A stretch of 52,813 nucleotides of DNA from a virus (taxonomy: Duplodnaviria; Caudoviricetes). This document shows positions 40,644 to 50,464 of the stretch, one piece after another. The first letter of the stretch is position 1. Every line of letters begins with the position of its first letter. Made by a program: the position numbers and the translations under genes. Location of the stretch: positions 1-52,813 of the IMG/VR virus record IMGVR_UViG_3300044613_003454; one strand, 5' to 3'. Under the pieces are notes generated by a model that saw only the letters and a list, made by a program, of their open reading frames with translations, was not told the origin of the DNA and ran no database searches.

Positions 40644-42568
40644 GGGTGGGTGGGATCCGTGGGCGGATCGGCCTCGCAAGCCGGCTTGATGATGTGCGGC
40701 TCGCAGCAGGGGTCCAGGGTCTCGGACTCGTTCTCGAACGCGAGGCAGAAGGTCCCGCAGCACGGGGTGGCATCGGTGCAGCCCTGGTTGATGGCGGCAC
40801 AGATGGACCGGTACGAGACCAGGGAATCGTAGACGTTGGGGACGTTGTTGGACACCGAGATCTTGTTGACCCGGTTGCACTCGTGGGGGCAGGTGCTGTC
40901 CCATGCCCCGCAGTTACGCCCGATCCCGTACAGGTACGCATGGTTGAGGATCGTGCAACTCGGCACGTGCCTCCACCCCACGGAGGCACAGGTGGACAGG
41001 GCCCCTGAATCCTCGAAGTCCACCCGCCCGTACACGAAGTGCAGGCCGTCGCAACTGGCCCCGATCATCACCGGCTGGCAAGTGCTGATCCCGCCCCCGT
41101 TCTCCGGGAATGCGTTGCAGTAGTCCTGCGGGGAGCACCCGATCTCCGGGCATATCGGTGCAGTCCCGCAGGGGCGGATCACGATGTTCGTGCAGTCCTC
41201 GCAGGTCTCGTCCGTACCCTGGCCGGGAGGGCAATTCTCGGTCACGTAGTCCCGGGGATACCCGGTGACGTTGAGGCAGTCTCCGCCGCAGATGTCCGAG
41301 TCGCGGCGGGGGACATTCGGGATCTGGTCTTCGGTGTACCCGTCCCAGCAGGCCCAGTCCCAGCCGCCCGGGCGGGCGTGGAAGTAGACCCATTGCCGCT
41401 CGGCCCAGAAGACGAAGTCGTCGTAGTCCTCGTCCCCGGGTTCCGGATACACCCCCGACCACGGGTCCACGATGCACGCCGTGGGTAGCTGGATGGTGAG
41501 ATCACGGGCGTCGAGCGGATCGAGCCGCTTCCAGGTTCCGTCACAGAACTCGAAGTACCGCTTCCTCACCGGACCCAGGTACGGCATGTCCTCGCACGCC
41601 GGCACCGTGCAGCCCGAATAGGCGGCGGGGAACATCGCCTTCAGGTCGATGAGCTCCTGGCGGGCCTCCTCTCTCCAGTCCTTCGCCTTCAAGTACCCGC
41701 CGTCAAACAACTTCTTCAAGACCTCCTGCGGTGGATCATTTTCGCTGCCAAGAGCTGCCACCAGCTCGCACCGTTCAGCATCCGTGATCACCGCGGTGTT
41801 GACCGCGTCGTCGAGGTCGAAGTCAAAGAGCGGCACCCCCGAGCAGGCGAAGATGAAGTGCTTGGGCACCACGCACTGCGGGGACAGCTCGTCCGGCGTG
41901 TTCGGGATGGTCAGTGGGGGAGATGGGTTCTGGCCGGACGGGCAGTCGTCGAAGGTCCACCAGTGCTCGGGATGCACCACCGCGATCAGGTGCTTGTACA
42001 GCGTGCCGGGGTAGACGGTGTTGTACTCACACAGCGGATCGGGTTGCCAGCCGTCGCACAGCACGATGGCCCCCCCGGCATGGCACAGGATGTCCACCAG
42101 CCACCAGTGCGATGGGTGATCCTCCATCCAGGTCTTTTGCCACGGGCTCAGGTTGTGGCCCACGCCGTCCGGGTCGCACGCACAGTTGGTGTACGGCAGG
42201 GTGCAGCAGTCGGTAGCGGTGGCGCTCTCGTCGCACGCACTGCACCGTTTCGTGCCGAACGGCGTGTACTGCGAGATGGCCGGCACGTTCACCAGGAAGT
42301 ACCGGTCCCGGTACGTGTACAGGGTGCGGAACGTGGGGGCGGCATACTCGGTGGTACGGCAGCAGAAGAGCGCGCAGTCGTACGCCCCTTCGGGCGGGGA
42401 CAGGGCGCAACAGTTGCTGGAGTACGTCACCGCTCCCGGTCGCTCGATCTCCAGGACCAGGCTCTCGTTGGGTCCGTGGCAGCAACCGGCGTTCTCGTCG
42501 ATCACGGCCCCCGAGATGCAGGGGTCGCAGATCTCCTGGTTGCAGCAGCACTCCTTCTTCGAGGTCAC
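40634..42568 (-). CDS. Very Cys-rich acidic protein (644 aa)
   Basis: About 55 Cys by hand count, with CC/CCC clusters. Confidence 0.8.
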   Translation of the reverse strand: MTSKKECCCNQEICDPCISGAVIDENAGCCHGPNESLVLEIERPGAVTYSSNCCALSPPEGAYDCALFCCRTTEYAAPTFRTLYTYRDRYFLVNVPAISQYTPFGTKRCSACDESATATDCCTLPYTNCACDPDGVGHNLSPWQKTWMEDHPSHWWLVDILCHAGGAIVLCDGWQPDPLCEYNTVYPGTLYKHLIAVVHPEHWWTFDDCPSGQNPSPPLTIPNTPDELSPQCVVPKHFIFACSGVPLFDFDLDDAVNTAVITDAERCELVAALGSENDPPQEVLKKLFDGGYLKAKDWREEARQELIDLKAMFPAAYSGCTVPACEDMPYLGPVRKRYFEFCDGTWKRLDPLDARDLTIQLPTACIVDPWSGVYPEPGDEDYDDFVFWAERQWVYFHARPGGWDWACWDGYTEDQIPNVPRRDSDICGGDCLNVTGYPRDYVTENCPPGQGTDETCEDCTNIVIRPCGTAPICPEIGCSPQDYCNAFPENGGGISTCQPVMIGASCDGLHFVYGRVDFEDSGALSTCASVGWRHVPSCTILNHAYLYGIGRNCGAWDSTCPHECNRVNKISVSNNVPNVYDSLVSYRSICAAINQGCTDATPCCGTFCLAFENESETLDPCCEPHIIKPACEADPPTDPTHPCL

Positions 42569-43425
42569 GGGCAGGCCCCGTCGATCGTGTTGTCGGACTC
42601 GAACACGTATCGACCGTTGTCGGCACGGTGCATGAGCACGACCACGTTGAAGGTTCCCCCACTGATCGTCGTGCCCACCGCGATGGGCTTGAAGGCCTCG
42701 TCGAGCTCGATCTTGTAGCCCGGGCCGGCGAAACCGGTGGTGGCACCGGAGGGGATGGCGTTCACGGATTCGCGCACGTTCAAGGCGTAGTCCTGGGTCA
42801 AGGTGCCGTAGCGACCGTTCACCTTCACGGTGAACCCGTCACCGGCTCCGTATCCTGGCAAGGTTACCTCCTGCCAGGAATACTTCCAGCGGTAGATGTT
42901 CGGGGAGAATGACTGGTGCCCGGTGATCTGGGCCATGAAGGAGCCCTGGGTGTTGCCGCTGCCGGGGCCGCCGTTCTGCCCGTTGTTCCCGTCCACGTCG
43001 TCTTCGTTGCGGTCCGAATCGCACCCGGACTCCTGGCACTCCCCAAGATCGTGGAATGCACCATCCGGGTCCGGCACGCACTGGTCATCGACGCAGGCAT
43101 ACCGGACCTCTTCCCCCGGCCCCGCCCCGTTGCCGTCTCCCGATCCGCCCTCGCCAGGTCCTGCGGTCCCGCCTCCAGGACCACCCGGAAGACCGGGGTT
43201 CACCAACGGTGGAACCGCGGAACCCACGGTGTTGGTCCCGTAGTTGTTGAAGACGGACGGCCCCGTCTGCACGTACCCGGTCATCGACGGGAACTCCAGG
43301 CCGGCCACGAGCGTGACCTGCTGGAACCCCCTGGACCTCAAGCCCTTGATCCCGTCAGACAGCCCAGGAGTGACCTTGTCGAACTCCCTGTTCGCCAGGT
43401 CCTGCTGGTTGGGATCAGCACTCAC
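42565..43425 (-). CDS. Tail-associated protein with Gly-rich linker and small Cys module
   Basis: 286 aa; YACVDDQCVPDPDGAFHDLGECQESGC; RWKYSWQEV. Confidence 0.7.
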   Translation of the reverse strand: MSADPNQQDLANREFDKVTPGLSDGIKGLRSRGFQQVTLVAGLEFPSMTGYVQTGPSVFNNYGTNTVGSAVPPLVNPGLPGGPGGGTAGPGEGGSGDGNGAGPGEEVRYACVDDQCVPDPDGAFHDLGECQESGCDSDRNEDDVDGNNGQNGGPGSGNTQGSFMAQITGHQSFSPNIYRWKYSWQEVTLPGYGAGDGFTVKVNGRYGTLTQDYALNVRESVNAIPSGATTGFAGPGYKIELDEAFKPIAVGTTISGGTFNVVVLMHRADNGRYVFESDNTIDGACP

Positions 43426-43886
43426 GACAGGATCTCGGCCTTCCGGGCTGCCGTCAGGATTCCCACGCTCACGAGGTAGTCCATGCCGGCCCCGGTCACG
43501 GGGTCATCGCTGACCACTTCCTGGGCGGCCTGCGACATCATCAGGAAGTCGGCCAGCACCGGATCGCTCATCGCCCCAGTGCGAATCGCCGCACGTTCCG
43601 TAGGCGTGAACCGGTTCAGGAACTCGAACGAGGTCCAGGTCTTCCGGAGCTCGTCCGGAGTCTTGGCCCGCACCGTCCACCCACGAGTCACCCGGTCGGA
43701 TGCCACCGTGAACTTCTCGTCCACGGCCTGCGTCGCCTGGTTGTACGGAGGCACCGGATCGGTGAACACCGGGCGGTACGAAGCCGCCTTCGGGTTTCCG
43801 TTGGTGACAAGGGACTGGTACCAGGCCGGATCGAGATCGACTACCTCGACGACCTGACCATTGACCACCTTTGCATGCTCGCTCAT
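43422..43886 (-). CDS. Tail-fibre assembly/chaperone-like protein (154 aa)
   Basis: ATG 43886; PPYNQATQ..WTV and FLNRFTPTER..LVSVGILTAARKAEIL; follows fibre genes. Confidence 0.6.
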   Translation of the reverse strand: MSEHAKVVNGQVVEVVDLDPAWYQSLVTNGNPKAASYRPVFTDPVPPYNQATQAVDEKFTVASDRVTRGWTVRAKTPDELRKTWTSFEFLNRFTPTERAAIRTGAMSDPVLADFLMMSQAAQEVVSDDPVTGAGMDYLVSVGILTAARKAEILS

Positions 43887-44527
43887 CAGCCGATCCTCTT
43901 GACGTGCGCCGCCGCAGCGGTCGCGTTGTTCGTGAATGACAGTCCGGCTCGAACGTCTTGAACCTCGCGGACGAGCGGCATGTAGAGCGCCAGCTTGTCC
44001 GGTCGGACCGCTGATGGCTTGAAGCCGCGGTAAAGCGACGTGACCTCGGCATCGTTCAGGACGACGCTCCAGATCCCGGCTTCTGCGATGCGTCCGTTCA
44101 AGTATTGCTGAAGTGTGGACGAGACGTACGTCGAGCCGAGCAAAGTCTTCTCCAGTTGCCCGGCGACCGGAGTTCTGTTCGAGCTCGTCGGTCCGGACTT
44201 TACGCCGTCGATCCAAACCTGTTGTGGCTGTCCTGCTGTCGTGTTCCACGATCCGGCGACATGATGCCAAGTGCCTGCCGTCACGGTGTTCGTGGTGTTG
44301 AGGCTCGCGAACGAACCAGATCCTCCGACCTGAATCGTGATTACGTTCGTCGCGCCGACGAGCAGGCTCCAGCGATCTCCACCTGTAGCTGAAGAGATGG
44401 ACAGGATTCTCTGGGCCGCTCCGGTCGTATCGACGTTGATCCAAGCGGCCAACGTCAGAGGTCCAGCCGTCAGCACCGCCGACGCAGCCTCCATGTAGTC
44501 GTTGGTTCCGTCGAAGTCCCAAGCCAT
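43886..44527 (-). CDS. LamG / concanavalin A-like lectin domain protein (213 aa)
   Basis: ATG 44527; FDGTNDY..TLAAWI..WHHVAG..WIDG..LNGRIAEAGIWSVVL. Confidence 0.85.
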   Translation of the reverse strand: MAWDFDGTNDYMEAASAVLTAGPLTLAAWINVDTTGAAQRILSISSATGGDRWSLLVGATNVITIQVGGSGSFASLNTTNTVTAGTWHHVAGSWNTTAGQPQQVWIDGVKSGPTSSNRTPVAGQLEKTLLGSTYVSSTLQQYLNGRIAEAGIWSVVLNDAEVTSLYRGFKPSAVRPDKLALYMPLVREVQDVRAGLSFTNNATAAAAHVKRIG

Positions 44528-47232
44528 TAGGCACCTGTTGGCGGAGGCAGGAAGCGGAGTTCGACGGCAAAGAGTTCTGCGTCCCCGGTGAGGGTGTCCC
44601 CGGTACCGCTGACATCGCTGGAGTCCCGGTACACCTTGAGACGGAACGCATCCCCGGCCGTCAACAGGTCGATCTTGTTGTACGGGAAGGTGATCTCGGT
44701 GACCGACGCGATTCCAGTTGAGAGGCTGGCCGCAGTCCTGGTTTCCTGGGAGCCCTCGCTGTCGAAGCTGTCGCTGCCGATGTTGGTGGCGATGATCTTC
44801 TGAAAGGTCGCCCCCCACCGAACATACTCTGTAGACGCGGGAAAACCGGAGGGAACCCAATGCACCCTCACCACAACCACGTCCCCGGATGCCGGCACCG
44901 TGAAACCGTGCGGCATCACGCCGACGAAGATGGCGGCCTCATTGGTCGCCCCGTCATCGAAGTCCAGCACCGCGATGCTGTTGCGGGTGTCGAGCGTGGC
45001 GAAGTTGGACGCTGGGGGCTGGTTGTCCAGGGGGGTCCAAACCTCGATGGTGTCCGTACCCGCCCTGCTCCTGTCCACCCACTCAAGACCGGCCCCCGCA
45101 TTGTTCACGCGAAGGATCTGGTAAGCCGTCCCGATCGAGAGGATCCCTGCGGTATCAGGTCCGGTACCTACCGCAAGATCTCCTGCTGCGTTCCAGATCG
45201 TGTCGGTGGCCACGGATCCACCGCCTCCGCCGGTGTTATCAGTTGCCGGGGCCCAAGCGATTCCGTTCCACTTGATCACCTCATTCAGGGCGGCACCGCT
45301 CTGGGTGAGGTCAGAAAGGGAGTGGGTGTGCGAGGCAGCCGCCACGCCCGCGTTGGCGATGGTGCGGTTCTTCCAGACTCCCGCCGTGTTGTCCCACGAC
45401 AGCAGGTCCTTCTCGGCCTTTCCGCTGATCAGAACGTCGCTGAGCTCCTCCAGCTCCTGGTAGTTCTGGATGTCGATGAAGATCGACCCATCCGGAGAAC
45501 CCGCTCGCTTCACGAGGAACCCTACGCGGACACCATGCTTGGGTGCCGCCGGCAAGGTGGGGGTGGTCGCACCCGCGGTGGTGGACAGGTAGAACGGATC
45601 GCCATCCACGGCCGGATAGGCAGCCGTGTTCGTGGTCAGACCGGTGAGGTAGCCGAAGACCTGGATCAGGCCGGTGGTGTTGGACGGGATGTCCTCGGCC
45701 GCGACGCCGATCGTGTTGGCACTGGTGGACTCAAGGTCCGCATCAGCCAGCTTCACCTTGGCCTCGGTCGCGGCGTGCGAGCCGCTGACGTAGACCACCT
45801 GGCCCTTGTTGATCTGGAAGGCCTCGTCGTTCCTCGCCCTCTTGTACAGGGCCTGCCCCTGCTTGAGGTTCACGTTGGAAGTGAGCCCGAGGGACACCGT
45901 GTTGTAGGTCGAGTCCCAATACTGCCGGCCCACCGCATCAGTGGGGGACACCACACCGGTGTTCAGGTCCAGCAGGTCCACGTTGACTTCGGTGACCGTA
46001 ATCGCCGACGGCAACCCCACCGTGACGGTGGTGCCGCTCACCGACGTTTCAACCTCGTTCGCGGTGCCGGCCACCGTGATGGTGCCGCTCGTGGTGATCG
46101 CCGTTCCGGTGCCGCTGTCCGCGGCCGGGGTGATCGAGGTGACCGTGCCGGAACCGCCGGGGCCGCCGGAAACCGTGCCGGGCTCCCACGTCGAAGTGGT
46201 GGAGTTCCAGACCAGGGCCTGCCCGTTCGTGGGGGCCGTGGACGCCACCGAGCGGCCCTGGAGGCCGTCCACCGTGGGGTTGGGGTAGGTGCCACCGAGA
46301 TCCCCGCCAGCGGCCCCGCACGGGGCGCACGTGCCCGTGGTAGCGGCAGAACCCGAGGTCCCGATCGTGTAGCCCCCCACTGGTTCGACGGTCGCGGTGA
46401 ACCGCTTGCCGATGCGGGAGTTCATGTTCCCGATCGTGTCGTGGGAGGTCTTGATCGCCTGCTTGTACGCAAGCGCCAGGTTCTGCATCGTGACCTGGTT
46501 GATCTTGCGGCCCACGCCCGCACGCATGGCGGCGGAGATGGCGATCGCGTCCGTCATGGGCTCCATGAGGAACGGGATCACCTCGTAGGTGTACGTGCCG
46601 GCGGCGTTGGCCGGAGGATTCCGGAGCGTCATGATCCCGGTGATCGGGTCGTGGCTCGTGATGATCAGCTCGTCGGTGATGTTCGCACCGAGGATCCGGA
46701 TGTAGGACCCGGCGTAGGCGTTGTCCCGCTTGTCGAGCGACCCGATGTTCGGGGTGCCCAGTGTAAAGGTGCCGTTCGCGTTGATCGTCCCCAGGGTGCC
46801 GTGGTGGGCGGCGATGTCCCCGCTGGGGACGTACATCACCAGATAGTTCTTGGACTCGGAGGGAGTGGGCCGGAACGCGAGGAGGTTGCCCTCCAGGGCC
46901 CAGCCGGGGCCGGCCAGGTGGAACTCGTTGCGGGGCCGGAAGTCCTCGGTGAACCAGCCGGTGTTCGGGTCCTGCACGCCGATGCGGAGGACCTGCTTCA
47001 CCGACGGCGGCAGCTTGTAGTACGTGGTGCCGTTGACCACCGAGATGGTCAACATGCAGATGATCTGGTTGTCCGCCATCATCGACACGCGGCCGATCAC
47101 GTCGGACATCGCGCTCGACAGGAAGAACCGGACCAGGTAGTTGTCGTCGTACTTCGCGTCGATGTCCGGGTCATCGAGGTAATGCCGGACCTTCTCGCAG
47201 TACGTCTTGATGATTGAACCGGATGAGTGCAT
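44527..47232 (-). CDS. Head-tail adaptor-like domain fused to tail-fibre modules
   Basis: N-terminus VRHYLDD..ISVVNGTTYYKLP resembles podoviral adaptors; then AGGDLGGTYPNPTV, GQALVWN, HTHSLSDL fibre motifs. Confidence 0.7.
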   Translation of the reverse strand: MHSSGSIIKTYCEKVRHYLDDPDIDAKYDDNYLVRFFLSSAMSDVIGRVSMMADNQIICMLTISVVNGTTYYKLPPSVKQVLRIGVQDPNTGWFTEDFRPRNEFHLAGPGWALEGNLLAFRPTPSESKNYLVMYVPSGDIAAHHGTLGTINANGTFTLGTPNIGSLDKRDNAYAGSYIRILGANITDELIITSHDPITGIMTLRNPPANAAGTYTYEVIPFLMEPMTDAIAISAAMRAGVGRKINQVTMQNLALAYKQAIKTSHDTIGNMNSRIGKRFTATVEPVGGYTIGTSGSAATTGTCAPCGAAGGDLGGTYPNPTVDGLQGRSVASTAPTNGQALVWNSTTSTWEPGTVSGGPGGSGTVTSITPAADSGTGTAITTSGTITVAGTANEVETSVSGTTVTVGLPSAITVTEVNVDLLDLNTGVVSPTDAVGRQYWDSTYNTVSLGLTSNVNLKQGQALYKRARNDEAFQINKGQVVYVSGSHAATEAKVKLADADLESTSANTIGVAAEDIPSNTTGLIQVFGYLTGLTTNTAAYPAVDGDPFYLSTTAGATTPTLPAAPKHGVRVGFLVKRAGSPDGSIFIDIQNYQELEELSDVLISGKAEKDLLSWDNTAGVWKNRTIANAGVAAASHTHSLSDLTQSGAALNEVIKWNGIAWAPATDNTGGGGGSVATDTIWNAAGDLAVGTGPDTAGILSIGTAYQILRVNNAGAGLEWVDRSRAGTDTIEVWTPLDNQPPASNFATLDTRNSIAVLDFDDGATNEAAIFVGVMPHGFTVPASGDVVVVRVHWVPSGFPASTEYVRWGATFQKIIATNIGSDSFDSEGSQETRTAASLSTGIASVTEITFPYNKIDLLTAGDAFRLKVYRDSSDVSGTGDTLTGDAELFAVELRFLPPPTGA

Positions 47233-47234
47233 GT

Positions 47235-47783
47235 TTAGCCCGTTGAGGTCACCTTCTCTGCCATGGCCCAGCGAAGCAGCTCACGCATCTCGTCCAGTTC
47301 CGGGCCGTCGTCCGGCACGTCTTCTAGACTCAGCTTCTCGGCCGCGTCATCCAGACCCCGCTTCCTGAGCACCTTCTCCATGTCGTCCAGCATGGTCTTG
47401 CGGTCCACCAGGGCGGAATGCCTGGCGCTCAGGGCTTCCATCCGCTTCCTACGGTCGTCCTCGAAGACCTTGTGGCCCGGCTGGCATCGCCACAGCAGCC
47501 ACTCGAACTCCGGGAGATCGTCCGGATTCTGGTCCGGAGGGGCTGAGAAGAGGCAGATCTCGGTGGCCACTGCGATCCCTTGCCCGAACACCTTGGGCTT
47601 GATGGACCACTGGGCGAGACCGAACTTCTTCGTCCTCTTGTGGTGGTAGATGAAGAGGTCCTTCTGCCCCGTCTTGTTGCGGAGGGCCTGGATCCAAGGA
47701 CCGTCGGGTACAAGCTCGAACCTGGCCGGGTCAAACTCTGAACCGAACAGGAGAGCCATGGAGATTTCGTCGTCTGATGGCAT
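47235..47783 (-). CDS. Hypothetical protein
   Basis: Start set at ATG 47783, since the track start lies in a hairpin. Confidence 0.7.
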   Translation of the reverse strand: MPSDDEISMALLFGSEFDPARFELVPDGPWIQALRNKTGQKDLFIYHHKRTKKFGLAQWSIKPKVFGQGIAVATEICLFSAPPDQNPDDLPEFEWLLWRCQPGHKVFEDDRRKRMEALSARHSALVDRKTMLDDMEKVLRKRGLDDAAEKLSLEDVPDDGPELDEMRELLRWAMAEKVTSTG

Positions 47784-47790
47784 AGGTATA

Positions 47791-47818
47791 GGGGCCACCC
47801 CTTTGACAGGGTGGCCCC
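47791..47818 (-). terminator. Hairpin after the major capsid gene
   Basis: GGGGCCACCC-N8-GGGTGGCCCC perfect 10-bp stem; no clear U-tract. Confidence 0.6.
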
Positions 47819-47843
47819 ATTGTACCTGTCCGTCAGTCGGCTA

Positions 47844-49523
47844 TCAGGCGATGTTGCCCGAAGCCATGTAGACCCGATCCTCGGTGATGCCCGTGAGCTT
47901 CATGCCGTTGACCTGGTCGGGGACGAGCTGCATCCGGATGCGGCCCGGCATCTGGCTGGCCTGGGTCACGAGGTTGGCCCCGCCGCCAGACGCGGTCTGG
48001 TAGACCGGGAGCTGGTTGGTGGAGGTCCCGGTGATGGCCCCGGCGACGAACTCGAAGGGCACGTAGGCGTCGGCCTCGGACATCTTGGACATGCCCTTGG
48101 GCGACGGGGGAACGTACTTCTTCCAGTTCTTCCCGCCGAGCTTGATGCCGTACATGGTGCCCGCCTCGACGAACCGCGAGGTGCTGCCCTTGTAGGTCTT
48201 GCCCTCGAACGTGAAGCTGAAGCCCTCGGCCTGGCCCTCGTTCGTGATCGACGCGGCCCGGTTGGTCCGGTCGATCCGGTACTGGCCGATCTTCTGCGAC
48301 TCGTACGCCGACCAGACGCCCTCGGACGCGATGAGCGTGTCGATGGTGTGGCCGAGCGGCTCGAACGCCGAATGGACCCGCTGGAGGTACCGCTTCAGGT
48401 TGTACTCGGTGAGCACGCCGTTGACCGCGTACTTGAAGCTCTTGAACTCCGGACGCTCAGACACGTCGATGTAGTCCGTGGAGTCCGCCTCGTTGCCGAG
48501 GAGACGCTTCAGGTTGCTGGTCTCGTAGCCGTTCTTGAGCCAGCTGTTGATGCCCGCGATGCCGGTGTAGGCGGTGCCGCCCGCATCGTTGACCAGGTGG
48601 CTGTTGGCGTACACCACATCGCAGTTGTTGTTGAGCTCGGTCGTGGCCGAGATGGTGCCGGCGGTGGTCGAGTCGTTGCGGAGCACCGAAGTCGGATCAC
48701 CTTCGAGGATGACGGTCACGGTGTTCGTGAGCGGATCCACGTTTTCCACCAGGAGCTGGATGCGGGTCGAACGCTTCGACTCGCTGAGGGTCAGGGTCGT
48801 GCTGACGAGCTGGTCGGCCGTGTCGTTGAGCCGCATGCCCGTGACCGCACCCGAGGCAGCACTTGAGTTCCAGAGGAAGTCGATGCGCATGCCGCGACTG
48901 AAGCGGTGGCAAGCGAAGTTGCCGGGCTCGAAGCTGAACCGGTACTTGCCGGAAGCGCCGATCTGGGTCGCACTGGTGATGTTGGTGATGGTGCAGAGCT
49001 TGTACGAGTCGTTCTGCGACAGGTACCAGTAGTTGCACAGCGTGTGCGCCATGTTGCGGGCGAACGCCGTCAGCTTCGGGGCGATGACCTGGTCGATGAG
49101 GGCCGGCGTAGCGTCCGCCTGCTTCTCGCCGAGGGTGATCATCAGGTTGGTGACGAGCGAACGCATCGGGATCGCCAGCCGGTACGCCGTGGCGTTCGGC
49201 CCCTCAAGCGGGCTCGGGTACGCCTGGTTGGCCGCCTGGGTGTGCATCAGGGGGCCGTACTCGGTGGTGAGATCGCCGTAGAGATCCTTGTCACCGAAGC
49301 CCTGGCCGGCCTCGATCACGCCGGTGAGGCTGCCCATGAAGAGCTTGGTGATCTTGAGGTCGCGGCCGAGGTCGCCGGAGTTGCCGACGCCCTGGCTGGT
49401 GACGACGTTCTCACGCCAGACCGGGTCGAGGCCGGCGAGGAACACCCGGAGGGACTTGTTGAGGACTTCCTGGATACGGTTGGACTGCCGGTCGAAGATC
49501 GAGCCGGTTGTTGCGAAAGGCAT
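47844..49523 (-). CDS. Major capsid protein
   Basis: Follows portal and scaffold, strong GAAGGAA RBS, followed by a hairpin; ends with capsid-like MKLTGITED. Confidence 0.8.
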   Translation of the reverse strand: MPFATTGSIFDRQSNRIQEVLNKSLRVFLAGLDPVWRENVVTSQGVGNSGDLGRDLKITKLFMGSLTGVIEAGQGFGDKDLYGDLTTEYGPLMHTQAANQAYPSPLEGPNATAYRLAIPMRSLVTNLMITLGEKQADATPALIDQVIAPKLTAFARNMAHTLCNYWYLSQNDSYKLCTITNITSATQIGASGKYRFSFEPGNFACHRFSRGMRIDFLWNSSAASGAVTGMRLNDTADQLVSTTLTLSESKRSTRIQLLVENVDPLTNTVTVILEGDPTSVLRNDSTTAGTISATTELNNNCDVVYANSHLVNDAGGTAYTGIAGINSWLKNGYETSNLKRLLGNEADSTDYIDVSERPEFKSFKYAVNGVLTEYNLKRYLQRVHSAFEPLGHTIDTLIASEGVWSAYESQKIGQYRIDRTNRAASITNEGQAEGFSFTFEGKTYKGSTSRFVEAGTMYGIKLGGKNWKKYVPPSPKGMSKMSEADAYVPFEFVAGAITGTSTNQLPVYQTASGGGANLVTQASQMPGRIRMQLVPDQVNGMKLTGITEDRVYMASGNIA

Positions 49524-49540
49524 GGTTGGTTTCCTTCAGG

Positions 49541-50464
49541 TCAGATTGCGGATTCGGTCGGAGACGAGGCCAGAGCCCGCTTGATCGTGTCGCTCGCGAA
49601 GCTCTTGACCTGCGACTCGATGTCGCTGATGGTGGCTCCGGGCTTGTACTCAGGATCAGGGGCCGGCTTGGAGCGCAGAATCTCCTGCGCGTCGAGTCCA
49701 GTGACCGTTTCCGACGACCGACCCAGCTTGTCGATGTCGCCGATTACCGACCGGAAGGTGCCCAGGATGGGCTCAGTCGCCTTGTCAACCTCTTCCGCCA
49801 TCCAGGCATCCTCGAAGGTGCCTGCCGCGGCCCGCCGGGTCTGCATCCGTTCCAGGGCCTGACGCTCAAGCTGGGAGCGCAGGGCCTGTTCGGCCTGCTT
49901 CACGCCCTCGTCGCCGCGGAGCGAACGGGAGGTCTCCAGTAGCTTCTGGAGTTCGGGGTTCGTTTTCAAGACGCGATCCAGGTTGGAGTTGAGGTTCTCC
50001 CTCAGCTCACGGACTCGCATCTTGTGGAGTTCGGCACGCTGGGCCTCAAGCTGGGCCCGCAGTTCTTCCGCCTTGTCGTCAGCCATGGTGTCCTCTTCGT
50101 CACCCCCACTGATCTCCGTGTCCTGGAGAGCCTCGTCGGGGATCTCGATTTCCTCGATCTCTTCTTCGGTGTCGCCTTCGTCGGCGGGTTGCGATTCCTG
50201 GATCCGGGACCGGGTGGCCTGGATGTACTGGTCGATCTGCTCGTCCTCGTAGCCGAGGTTGATGAGCACGTTGCGGACGGCGGTCTCCTTGCGGTCCTGC
50301 GGAACGTCCGCCTGGAACAGGGTGCCGACCTCCTCAAGGTCCTTCTGGAGCGTGTCGTTGATCTCGATGGCGTCCTTGAGATCCTTGTGGCTCTGGATGA
50401 GTTCGGCCACCGAGATCTCGGTGCCGTCCTCAAGCGTGATCTTGGTCTGCGGGTCGAGGTCCAT
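49541..50464 (-). CDS. Capsid scaffolding protein
   Basis: Acidic coiled coil; KITLEDGTEISVAELIQS; between portal and capsid. Confidence 0.75.
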   Translation of the reverse strand: MDLDPQTKITLEDGTEISVAELIQSHKDLKDAIEINDTLQKDLEEVGTLFQADVPQDRKETAVRNVLINLGYEDEQIDQYIQATRSRIQESQPADEGDTEEEIEEIEIPDEALQDTEISGGDEEDTMADDKAEELRAQLEAQRAELHKMRVRELRENLNSNLDRVLKTNPELQKLLETSRSLRGDEGVKQAEQALRSQLERQALERMQTRRAAAGTFEDAWMAEEVDKATEPILGTFRSVIGDIDKLGRSSETVTGLDAQEILRSKPAPDPEYKPGATISDIESQVKSFASDTIKRALASSPTESAI

